Shown piece after piece: positions 13,191-23,530 of a stretch of DNA of 64,000 bases. The stretch comes from Mustelus asterias (lineage: Eukaryota). The stretch lies in NCBI RefSeq assembly GCF_964213995.1, contig NC_135818.1:64356001-64420000 (forward strand). Reading direction: 5' to 3'. The translations under genes were made by a program, and so were the position numbers. Under the pieces are notes generated by a model that saw only the letters and a program-made list of their open reading frames with translations, did no database searches and had not been told where the DNA came from. Numbering within the stretch: position 1 is the stretch's first letter; each line of letters opens with the position of its first letter.

Positions 13191-14524
13191 CTGCAAAAGT
13201 TATTGAATGCTTAGCTAAATATCAATTTTAATCCATGCACTTTTACAAAAAATGAACGGAGGGAGAGGACTTATAATTAAAAATGGCATTTGCAGGACGT
13301 TACATTGGCACTGTGTATTCAGGAACTAACAATCAAAGGCAAAAAGCAAGGTCCAAATGTAGATTTGATTCTCATTCTGCTCAATTCTCACAAACAGTTG
13401 CAGTAACTGAGGAGACGGGATGCGAAGCAAAGATTGTAAAATCTCCTTGTGGAAGAGAAAAAAAATCAGAAAGAAGGATTTTGAATGGCAGGGTCTAATT
13501 TTTCTCAATAGCCAGCTACAGACCACTGATGATAACCTACCCAGTTCCCTGCTCTTGACAGTAAAGATGAAATGGCCAGTTAAAGATTGGGATATTTATC
13601 AGAATAAACTTACATCTTAGTGACACTAACTTTGCATTTGCTTGCCCCTTCAAATCAGGGTACAGTCAAAAGAATTTATAAAAAGGGGAGTTCATGTGAT
13701 TTATTTCTCAGCCTTCAGAAGGTATAACTTGCAAGAATGTTTATAAATAATCAAATTACAGCAGCCAAATAAGCTCTCAAGTAAAGGTTTATGATTTTGG
13801 AATCCTATTAAACATAGTCATTGTAGCAGCTTCCAATTGAAGAATTCTAAAAAATGTGTCAAATCAAATAAAACCCAGAAATAGTAACATATGTTGAGTC
13901 CACTATAAGTATATGCAGTCCGCCTATTCTTGGCCATGTATTTTGAACTTTGTCTGTTACTACTATTGTTGAAGGATGACTACATAAAATGTAATCCTAA
14001 TAACCAGGTTGATGCAGATACATTCACTACCATTATAGAGCAAACAATGTTGGGAGTTAATACTGTCCTATTATGTCTGGTACAATCTTCATTAGCTGCA
14101 AGTGCTCTAACAGTAATCAAATAGCTAAGAATGGAACCCAAAAAGGGATAGTCCCATTGAACTGGACAAGAGGAGAGGCATTAGTAGAGGATAGTATGTT
14201 TAACCACCTCAACAACTACAATTAAGAAATGGAAGGAGAATGCCCCATGCTTCCAGGCACAGATGAAGTCATTTATGACTGACTTTGGTGAAGGTTTTAT
14301 TAGTACTATTGTAGGGCCAGAAGCCTGTTGGGGTGATTCAAACAGGAAACTGTGGGAAAGATGGTCATGTATTTGGACACTCAAGGACAGAAAATGCTGG
14401 AAAACCTCAGGAGGTCTAAAAGCATCTGTAGAGAGAACACAGAGTTAACGTTAAGTTTGGATGATTTTTTGTCATCCAAACTTGAAATATTAGCTCTGTT
14501 CTCTTAAAAAAATATGGTAACTGC

Positions 14525-14990
14525 TTAATTACAGGAAGGATGTGGAGACTTTGGAGAGGATGCAGGATGCTGCTTGGACTAGATGGTATGAAGTATAAGG
14601 AGAGGTTGTTTTCTCTGGAGCAGCGGAGGCTGAGGGGAGACCTGAGAGGAGTCTATAAAATTATGAGAGTTTACAGTCAGAATCTCTTTCCCAGAGTTGA
14701 AATGTCTAATACTAGGGGTCATGCATTTAAGGTGAGGGGGGAAAAGTTCAAAGGAGATGTGAGGGACAGATTATTTTTAAAAATAGAGTGGTAGGTGTCT
14801 GGAACGCACTGCTGGGGTGGTGGTGCAGGCAGATATGATAGGGGCGTTTAAATAAGTACATGAATATGCAAGGGAGAGAGAGATATGGACCAAGGGCAGG
14901 CAGAAGGGATTAGTTTAATTTGGCGTCATGTTTGGCACAACATTACAGGCCAAAGGGCCTGTTCCTATGCTGTACTGTTTTATGTATTGG
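14525..14990 (+). mobile_element. CR1-like LINE 3' fragment
   Basis: ERLFSLEQRRLRGDL..VYKIM..TRGHAFKVRG, the CR1 ORF2 C-terminus. Confidence 0.8.
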
Positions 14991-15119
14991 ACAACACCAC
15001 CTAACCCATGGAAACTGGGGTGCAAATGCAACACTTCTATCCAGTCTTGGTGCAGATTTGCTTACCCAGGCCTTTCCTGCTCTTGTGGGTTGGTGCAGTT
15101 TAAACATTATCTGACAATG

Positions 15120-15415
15120 GGGCGGCACAGTGGTTAGCCCTGCTGCCTCACAGCGCCAGGAATCCGGGTTCGATTCACGGTTTGGGTAACCGTCTGTGAG
15201 GAGTTTGCACATTCTCCCCATGTCAGCGTGGATTTCCTCCGGGTGCTCCAGTTTCCTCCCACAGTCCAAAGATGTGCGGGTTAGGTGGATTGGCCGTGTT
15301 AAATTAACCCTTAGTGTCAGAGGGATTAGCTAGGGTAAATGCATGGGGTTATGGGGATAGGGCCTGGGTGGGATTGTGGTCAGTGCAGTCTCGATGGCAC
15401 TGTAGGGATTCTATG
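15120..15415 (+). mobile_element. HE1/V-SINE-like SINE in FANCM intron 1
   Basis: GGCGGCACAGTGGTTAGC...CACTGTAGGGATTCTATG, a near full-length unit. Confidence 0.87.
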
Positions 15416-15427
15416 ACAATCCGTTAC

Positions 15428-15962
15428 CTGTCATCTCTGTCATGTGCTCCTGCGGGATGCCCATCACCTTGTAACAAGCTTCGATCTGCTGAGCTACCAG
15501 GGGTTTAGTGGGGGCCATGAACACGATCTTGCCCGAGGGGTACCAGCGGTAGAAGTTGTACATGAGCACGGCGGCGATGAAGGTCTTGCCCAGGCCGGTG
15601 GGCAGACACACCAGCGTGTTGTGGAAGAGGGCCGCCTGGGCCATGTCGAACTGGTAGCTTCGCAGCGGGTAGTTGACGGGGTAAATCCACACATCGCCCG
15701 AGGACAGGTCGAAGCCCGGGAGGGTGGCGGGCGGCGGGCCGGGGGAGGCCGGCCTGGGGCTGGCCAGGCTCCGCTCAGCCTCAAACACCGCCACCAGCAG
15801 CACGTCGTCATCCTCCCCGTCCGGGAAGCCATCCGAGGCCGAGGCCGGGGCTGAGCGGCCGGCGGGCCCGGGCCCGGCCTCGGCGCTCCTCCCGCCCGGG
15901 CGCTGCGATCCGGCCTTGCTGCCCCAGCTCTGGAACAAGGTCCTCTGGCGCCCGCCGCTCAT
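15428..15962 (-). CDS. FANCM: FANCM (Fanconi anemia group M helicase/translocase) coding exon 1
   Basis: MSGGRQRTLFQSWG..DDDVLLVA..GFDLSSGDVWIYPVNYPLRSYQ..NTLVCLPTGLGKTFIAAVLMYNFYRWYPSGKIVFMAPTKPLVAQQ, the FANCM N-terminus with Walker A. Donor GTAACG at 15427, phase 1. An in-frame upstream ATG exists at 15977. Confidence 0.97.
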
Positions 15963-16200
15963 TCGAGAAACTTCCATAAACCCCTCAGTGCCGTGGGTCG
16001 GGCGGCATGGTTTATACTGGTTTAACGCTGGTTTATACTAGTCGAACGCTGGTTTCAATGGTTTATTCCGGGTTTGTCGATAGTTTAATTTTGAAGCCGC
16101 CGCTTGTCATTCGAATCTGGCGCATTTTTGTGACGTGGCGACATCAAAGCCCCGCCCCCTCCCCCGTTGCTAGGAGACGAACCGCAGCCTCCTGACTGCC
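15963..16200 (-). promoter_or_regulatory. FANCM CpG-island promoter / 5' UTR
   Basis: CpG-rich. CHR-like TTTGAA 16090-16095, E2F-like TGGCGC 16118-16123, CRE/E-box-like TGACGTGG 16131-16138, GC box GCCCCGCCCC 16149-16158. These are motif matches only. Confidence 0.65.
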
Positions 16201-16203
16201 CCT

Positions 16204-18483
16204 CACTGGACACAACTCCCACTGGACACCTGGACACAGCGACACTCCCACTGGACACCTGGACACAGCGACACTCCCACTGGACACCTGGACACAGCGA
16301 CACTCCCACTGGACACCTGGACACAGCGACACTCCCACTGGACACCTGGACACAGCGACCCTCCCACTGGACACCTGGACATAGCGTCACTCTCACTGGA
16401 CACCTGGACACAGCGACACTCCCACTGGACACCTGGACACAGCGACACTCCCACTGGACACCTGGACACAGCGACCCTCCCACTGGACACCTGGACATAG
16501 CGTCACTCTCACTGGACACCTGGACACAGCGACACTCCCACTGGACACCTGGACACAGCGACACTCCCACGGGACACCTGGACACAGCGACATTTCCACT
16601 GGACACCTGGACACAGCGACATTTCCACTGGACACCTGGACACAGCGACACTCCCACTGGACACCTGGACATAGCGTCACTCTCACTGGACACCTGGACA
16701 CAGCGACACTCCCACTGGACACCTGGACACAGCGACACTCCCACTGGACGCCTGGACACAGCGACACTTCCACTGGACGCCTGGATACAGCGACACTCCC
16801 ATTGGACACCTGGACACAGCGACGCTCCCACTGGACACCTGGACACAGCGACGCTCCCACTGGACATCTGGACACAGCGACCCTCCCACTGGACAACTGG
16901 ACACAGTGACACTTCCACTGGACGCCTGGATACAGCGACACTCCCATTGGACACCTGGACACAGTGACGCTCCCACTGGACACCTGGACACAGCGACGCT
17001 CCCACTGGACATCTGGACACAGCGACCCTCCCACTGGACAACTGGACACAGTGACACTTCCACTGGACACCTGGACACAGCGACACTCCCACTGGACATC
17101 TGGACACAGCGACACTTCCACTGGACACCTGGACACAGTGACACTCCCACTGGACACCTGGACACAGCGACACTCCCACTGGACACCTGGACACAGTGAC
17201 ACTCCCACTGGACGCCTGGATACAGCGACACTCCCATTGGCCACCTGGACACAGCGACACTCCCACTGGACACCTGGACACAGCGACACTCCCACTGGAC
17301 ACCTGGAAATAGCGACACTCCCACTGGACACCTGGACACAGCGTCATTTCCACTGGACATCTGGACACAGCGACACTCCCACTGGACACCTGGACACAGT
17401 GACGCTCCCACTGGACACCTGGACACAGCGATGCTCCCACTGGACATCTGGACACAGCGACACTCCCACTGGACAACTGAACACAGTGACACTTCCACTG
17501 GACACCTGGACACAGCAACACTCCCACTGGACATCTGGACACAGCGACACTTCCACTGGACACAGCGACACTCCCACTGGACATCTGGACACAGCGATAC
17601 TCCCACTGGACACCTGGACGCAGTGACACTCCCACTGGACACCTGGACACAGCGACACTCCCACTGGACACCTGGACACAGCGAAACCCCTACTAGACGC
17701 AGTAACACTCCCATTGGACACCTGGACACAACAACACTCCCACTGGACATCTGGACACAGTGACACTCCCATTGGTCACAGTGACACTCCCACTGGACAC
17801 CTGGACACAGTGACACTCCCACTGGACACAACGTCCACTGGAAATCTGGACACAGTGACACTCCCACTGGACACAGTGACACTCCCACTGGACACAGTGA
17901 CACTCCCCCTGGACACAACTTCCACTGGAAATCTGGACACAGCGACACTCCCACTGGACACAACTCCCACTGGACATCTGGACACAGTGACACTCCCACT
18001 AGAAATCTGGACACAACTCAGAGTGGACATCTGGACATGATGGCTCTCCCACTGGATACCTGGATGCAGTGACATTCCCACTGGACACAACTCCCACTGG
18101 ACACCTGGACACAGTGACACTCCCACTGGGCACAACTCCCACTGAACATCTGGACAGAGTGACACTCCCACTGGACACATGGACACAGTGACCTGCCACT
18201 GGACACATAAACACAGTGACACTCCCACTGGACACATGCACACAGTGACACTCCCACTGGGCACAATTCCCACTGAACATCTGGACAGAGTGACACTCCC
18301 ACTGGACACATGGACATGCTGACACTCTCACTGAACACAGTGACACTCCCACTGGACACCTGGACACGCTGACACTCCCACTGATACAATGACACTCCCA
18401 CTGGACACATAAACACAGTGACACTCCCACTGGACACATAGACACAGTGACACTTCTGCTGGACATGGTGACATTCCTACTGG
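16204..18483. repeat. 29-bp minisatellite array (CACTGGACACCTGGACACAGCGACACTCC)n, about 2.3 kb
   Basis: Directly visible tandem units, homogeneous near 16220-16900 and increasingly degenerate with shortened units towards 18480. Confidence 0.97.
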
Positions 18484-18693
18484 GTGCAGTGACCTGAATT
18501 TTGGCCCAGTCAGAAGAGCTCTGCACCTCACTGAGAATGAATGAGGCATGGAGAGCTTCTGACTGCGACGGAATTCTCCTATCTGGCTCTAGGTCCCATG
18601 ATGTGGAGATGCCGGCGTTGGACTGGGGTAAACACAGTAAGAAGTTTAACAACACCAGGTTAAAGTCCAACAGGTTTATTTGGTAGCAAAAGC

Positions 18694-18734
18694 CACACAA
18701 GCTTTCGAGGCTCTAAGCCCCTTCTTCAGGTGAG
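18694..18734 (-). ncRNA. Minimal hammerhead ribozyme motif (minus arm of palindrome)
   Basis: CAC-CTGAAGA-A-GGGGC-TTAGA-GCCTC-GAAA-GC-TT-GTG. Confidence 0.7.
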
Positions 18735-18777
18735 TGGGAATTCTGTTTGTTCTGTCTGTTTGTGAACAGAATTCCCA

Positions 18778-18818
18778 CTCACCTGAAGAAGGGGCTTAGA
18801 GCCTCGAAAGCTTGTGTG
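18778..18818 (+). ncRNA. Minimal hammerhead ribozyme motif (plus arm of palindrome)
   Basis: CTCAC-CTGAAGA-A-GGGGC-TTAGA-GCCTC-GAAA-GC-TT-GTGTG, read directly at 18778-18818. Confidence 0.7.
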
Positions 18819-19249
18819 GCTTTTGCTACCAAATAAACCTGTTGGACTTTAACCTGGTGTTGTTAAACTTCTAGGTCCCATGGCAGTGTCAGGGACAGGG
18901 AATGTTTCCTGCTGCAGAGGCTGATGGGGAATCTCATGGTATCTTCTGTCCCTCATGTCATTAATTATGCAAATATGTGCCCTGCCATCATATCGGTTCA
19001 ACATATTTAAAAAGCATCCGAACATCCTTAATGTCAGTGCAAACTACAAAGGTGTCTGGAAGGAGAGGTGAAGGTCCAACACCGAAGTTTAGGGACACCC
19101 TCCTGTATGGCCTCCGGAACCATGTTGGGGTCGGAGGAATATATTTCCTCCGGCTGATGGGAGGAGGTTGAGAGGGGAAACCAACCCTGTGTGGGTGCAG
19201 GTGGCAGATGCCCACGCTGTTCAGGAGAGGTCAGCAATACAATGTCACA

Positions 19250-19530
19250 GAACCACAGAATTCCTACAGTACAGAAGGAGGCCATTCAGCCCATCGGGTC
19301 ATGCACTGACTCCCCGAAAGAACATCTTACCCAGGCCCACCCCATTGCCCTATCGTAACCCCGCACATTTACCATGGCTAATACACATAATCTACACATT
19401 TTTGGACACTAAGGGACAATTTAGCATGGCCAATTCACCTAACCTGCACATCTTGGACTGTGGGTGGAAACTCACACAGAATGAGGAGAATGTGCAAACT
19501 CTACACAGTCACCCAAGGTCCATGGCACTG
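19250..19530 (-). mobile_element. HE1/V-SINE-like SINE, degenerate
   Basis: Reverse complement of the SINE body (GGGACAATTTAGCATGGCCAATTCACCTAACC...TGTGCAAACT). Confidence 0.75.
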
Positions 19531-20137
19531 TGGGGATCCACAAGAGGATGAACAACCTCATTCGCTCCGCCAGGGTAAGTAACCCCAAAGCTAGTTGTTT
19601 AAACCACAGGACCAATATGTCAGGGTACATGAGCCTCGGTGGTAATGGCATAATTCTGCCTCGCAACTACCTAAATCTCCTCAGTGCCCTGTCTAACATC
19701 TTAACATTGTCCTAAAGTGTAATGCCCAGAACTGGACACAGTGCTCAAGTTGGAGCCTCATGATTGTTATTATAAAGGTTTAGCATAATCTTCTTGATTT
19801 TGTACTTTATGCCTGTGTTTTACAAAGATCCTTATACCATTATGATAGCCTTCTCAAATCCTGTTGTAAATGTTAATAAGTTGTTAAGGCAAAATAATTG
19901 CCAATTAACAGTAAGTATAGAAAATTTTAATAACAAATGTTCTTTATCAAAAGTACAGCAAAGTGATTCCATTAAAGTAAACCCAGTTAAACATTACTGA
20001 GCAGCAGACAAAATAGCAAACTGTGCTTGTGCATCAAGCAAATAACAATGCTGTTGACTTTGTGTGTGTGACCTCCTGGACAGGTCACCAAGGTCTGTTA
20101 AACAATGTTTCAACCTGTTTCTGTCTTCAAAAAGAAA

Positions 20138-20674
20138 TGATGTGGAGATGCTGGTGTTGGACTGGGGTGAACACAGTAAGAGTTTTAACAACACCAGGTT
20201 AAAGTCCAACAGGTTTATTTGGTAGCAAATGCCATTAGCTTTCGGAGCGCTGCTCCTTCGTCAGATGGAGTGGATATCTGGTCTCAAACAGGGCATACAG
20301 AGACACAAAATCAAGTTACAGAATACTGATTAGAATGCGAATCTCTACAACCAACCAGGTCTTAAAGATACAGACAATGTGAGTGGAGGGAGCATTAAGC
20401 ACAGGTTAAAGAGATGTGTATTGTCTCCAGACAGGACAGCCAGTGAGATTCTGCAAGTCCAGCAGGCAAGCTGTGGGGGTTACTGATAGTGTGACATAAA
20501 TCCAAGATCCCGGTTTAAGCCCGGAACTTGGCTATCAGTTTCTGCTCAGCGACTCTGCACTGTCGTGTGTCGTGAAGGCCACCTTGGAGAACGCTTACCC
20601 GAAGATCAGAGGCTGAAAAGAGGCAGAAGATCAGCCTCTGATCTTCGGGTAAGCGTTCTCCAAGGCGGCCTTCA
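20138..20674 (-). mobile_element. Penelope-like 3' fragment with short inverted 5' segment
   Basis: Colinear with 4150-4590. Inverted repeat at about 20573-20617 vs 20630-20674. Confidence 0.88.
20232..20268 (-). ncRNA. Minimal hammerhead ribozyme motif
   Basis: Minus strand reads CCAT-CTGACGA-A-GGAGC-AGC-GCTCC-GAAA-GC-TA-ATGG, with a perfect 4-bp stem I. Confidence 0.75.
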
Positions 20675-20902
20675 TTGCGGTGTTATTGTAAGTCAACTTG
20701 TGACTAATAAACTTTAAAACTTTAAACACACAGGTAAATAAATAAAATAGCAGCCAAGGCTGCCTTGAGGCAGTGCCCCAATTCTTGCAAACTTACATCA
20801 TGGCTGTTCTATGATTCTGCGTGAGAGAGGACTCCACCCTTGGGCATGATTGGTCCTTCAAGCCAGGTAACCCTCTTCTGCTGCGCTGTCTTAAAGAGAT
20901 AG

Positions 20903-21122
20903 TAAGAAGTTTAACAACACCAGGTTAAAGTCCAACAGGTTTATTTGGTAGCAAAAGCCACACAAGCTTTCGAGGCTCTGAGCCCCTTCTTCAGGTGAGG
21001 AAGGGGCTCAGAGCCTCGAAAGCTTGTGTGGCTTTTGCTACCAAATAAACCTGTTGGACTTTAACCTGGTGTTGTTAAACTTCTTACTGTGTTTACCCCA
21101 GTCCAACGCCGGCATCTCCACA
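20903..21122. mobile_element. Second palindromic Penelope terminal-repeat mini-insertion (hammerhead motif at 20959-20999, minus)
   Basis: Inverted arms of about 90 bp. TSD TCTTAAAGAGATAG at 20889-20902 and 21123-21136. Nearly identical to the 18601 element but in the opposite orientation. Confidence 0.9.
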
Positions 21123-21588
21123 TCTTAAAGAGATAGGCCCCACAATCACAGAGAATCTGCATTCTCAGCACGTTTAAAATGAATGGGAACCAGTGCTGCC
21201 ACCTCTTGTGGGTGGATTTATTGTATCAATGATTTCAGCCTGGCGTTGCAATGACGCATGCCACCAATCTGTAGCCTTTTACTTCGGGGCATCGCTTTGG
21301 ATTCGGGTCGGGAATCGAAAAGTGCCAAGCCTCCCGCAGACTCTGTGGCTGCAGCGAACTCAAAAGGAATAGGATAACAATTTTTGAGAAGTGCCTCTTA
21401 AATATGGTGCCCAGTTACGACAGCAGAGTGAGTTCTTTCATTCTTGCTGGCAGTGGCGACGGGGCGTGAACGGCCAGAAAATTCCAGCCAATGTTTTTAT
21501 GGAGTAATAGCCTTAATGGAGGTACAGACTCAGTGAGATCGGGTATTAAAGCTGAAAATTAGATCGCAAGTATTTTCCTATGAAGTAA

Positions 21589-21835
21589 TTCATTTAAAGA
21601 ACTTAAATAACCCAGTTAAACATTAACGAGTAGCAAATAAAATAATTTTGCAAACTGTGCTTGTGTGTCAAGCAAATAGCAATGCTGTTGACTTTCTGTG
21701 TGTGACCTCACGGACAAGCCACCAAGGTCTGTTTGACAATGTTTCAACATATTCGTATCTTCAAAAACAAAGGCAGAGAAAAGTAAATCACAAATTGCAG
21801 AGGGGGCTCGAGCGAAGATCAGCAAATAAGTGAGT
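21589..21835 (+). promoter_or_regulatory. Putative liver-type promoter and non-coding first exon of the serpin
   Basis: HNF1-like GTTAAACATTAAC 21615-21627, FOXA-like AAGCAAATA 21670-21678, TGTTGACTTT 21686-21695, then a consensus donor GTGAGT at 21830. The serpin ATG exon begins with an acceptor, so an upstream exon is implied. Inference. Confidence 0.45.
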
Positions 21836-22624
21836 CCAGAAACAATTGGTAAAGTGTTCAGGAAATCATTTTGCAGAATATCGAGGTGCAATTCCGTAAG
21901 GCAGGATAGTCGTTGATGAACAGTCTTATAATCAATACTGTCCGTTATGTTTTCTGATTGGATGTCGCCAAGACTAATTATACTTAAAATGAAGGTTATT
22001 TTCTATTCTTATTTTGTGCCATGGAATGATTATTTGAATCACTGAACACAGGGGCAAAAAAAAATCATTCACGGCAAATGTTCACATGTGAAATTAACGG
22101 AAACCATTTCGGGAAGTCCAGAATTTATGCCAATAGATGTATCTCTGCAGAATGGAGAATGGCATAATTCCATTACATCCTGCACCCGGCTACTACTTTA
22201 GCTGAATTTGTCCTGCACTCTGAGAGAAATGCAAGCCTTTATCCATCTGACAAAACAAGTTCAGGTTGCACTGGGTTTGAAGTCAGATCTTTGAACTCAT
22301 CATTTTCATAGGTTTTTGTGATCTATGTTTATTTCGCAGCTCGTGGTGAATTCAGTAGGATTTAATTATATCCTGTTTGGAATGGAATGAGGTTTGGTTG
22401 CTGACTTATGTTCATAGGCAACACAAGTGGGAGAATTGGGTTTACAGCATTGTAGACCTTGCTCCAATCAGCGCTCTCCATGATCATGTAGTGCCAAATC
22501 ATCATACCTAGCGGTCCAGATTTTACTGGAGTGGACCATCTCACAATGTACCCTGTTATTTGAGTTGTTCATGCATGTTTCAATTTTAAACTTTATGCCC
22601 ACAAAGTTATTCAAATTGTGTACT

Positions 22625-22800
22625 GTGAAAGATGTGCAGGTCAGGTGGATCAGCCATGCTAAATTGCTCCTTAGTGTGGGGGGGGGGGGGGGGGGACTAG
22701 CAGGGTAAATATGTGGAGTTACGGGGAGAGGACCTGGGTGGATTGTTGTTGGTACAGGCTCATTGGGCCGAATGTCCTCTTCCTGCAATGTAAGGATTCT
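22625..22800 (+). mobile_element. HE1/V-SINE-like SINE 3' half with G-run
   Basis: AAAGATGTGCAGGTCAGGTGGATCAGCCATGCTAAATTG...TGTAAGGATTCT. Confidence 0.7.
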
Positions 22801-22849
22801 ACGAGGGCAATAGAATATATGGCACTATGGTGAACAACATGAAAAAAAA

Positions 22850-23530
22850 GTGCCAATGCCCAGGGGGCACCTTGGCACTGCCCATCGGGCAAGGGCCAGT
22901 GCCAAGGGGGCGGGGCCTGATGGGGTGATCAGTGGGGAGTCCCGCTGCCACCTTGCTGAGGGATCATGGGGGGGGGAGCAGGGAGGCCAGCGATCGGGGC
23001 GGGCTGGGGGGTGTCAGCCGGGGACGGCGGTTGGGACTGAGGGGGTGTGTTATTGAGAAGGGGGTGATTGGAGGGGGGGAGGGCGAGATCTGAAGATTGC
23101 AGCGGGCCAGGAAGGGCGGGGGGGTGGGGGGGGGGGTCGGGGTCGGGGTCATGAGATAAAAGGTAGCAAGGTCAAATGGTTTTGGGAATGGTCGGGGGGC
23201 CAGCGATCGGGCCATGGGGGACCAGAGAGACGGCGTTGTGGGGATCATGGAGCTGGCCAGCAATCAGGAGAACATCTGGGGGGGGCCACTGTGCACCGGC
23301 ACTGACAGTTCGGTGCATGCGCAGTAGCTCACTCAGCATGCTGATTTCAGCCTCTCCACTGGGAATACGCGCCCCCCCCTGAAATTTAATGATAGTCACG
23401 CTGGTGACCTCTGCAGTGCACAGAGTGTGGGAGATTCTTCTCAGAAATCCCACTGAAAAAAAACAGCGTGAATTACTCCAGTTTTCACGTGAATTCAATA
23501 CTTAGAATTTTTGGGGGAGAATTCCGTCCG
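22850..23530. mobile_element. GC-rich non-autonomous repeat (MITE-like), partial
   Basis: Shares blocks (GTGCCAATGCCCAGGGG; GCTGGCCAGCAATC; CTCAGCATGCTGATTTCAGCC) with 50230-51175. Ends GGGAGAATTCC. Confidence 0.6.

Larger units (their letters stand above)
18601..18870. mobile_element. Palindromic Penelope terminal-repeat mini-insertion
   Basis: Near-perfect inverted repeat of about 110 bp (about 18640-18747 vs 18765-18871), related to the end of the Penelope at 4145. TSD TCTAGGTCCCATG at 18588-18600 and 18870-18882. Confidence 0.9.

Noticed and set aside
16204-18483. CRISPR-like array
   Set aside because: Units are head-to-tail with no unique spacers, the context is eukaryotic, and there are no cas genes.
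16085-18700. Long Cys/Val/Ser-rich and Thr/His/Trp-rich ORFs (up to 528 aa) on both strands
   Set aside because: They are translations of the 29-bp minisatellite. The same 29-aa period appears in every frame because the unit has few stop codons, and there is no splice or domain evidence.
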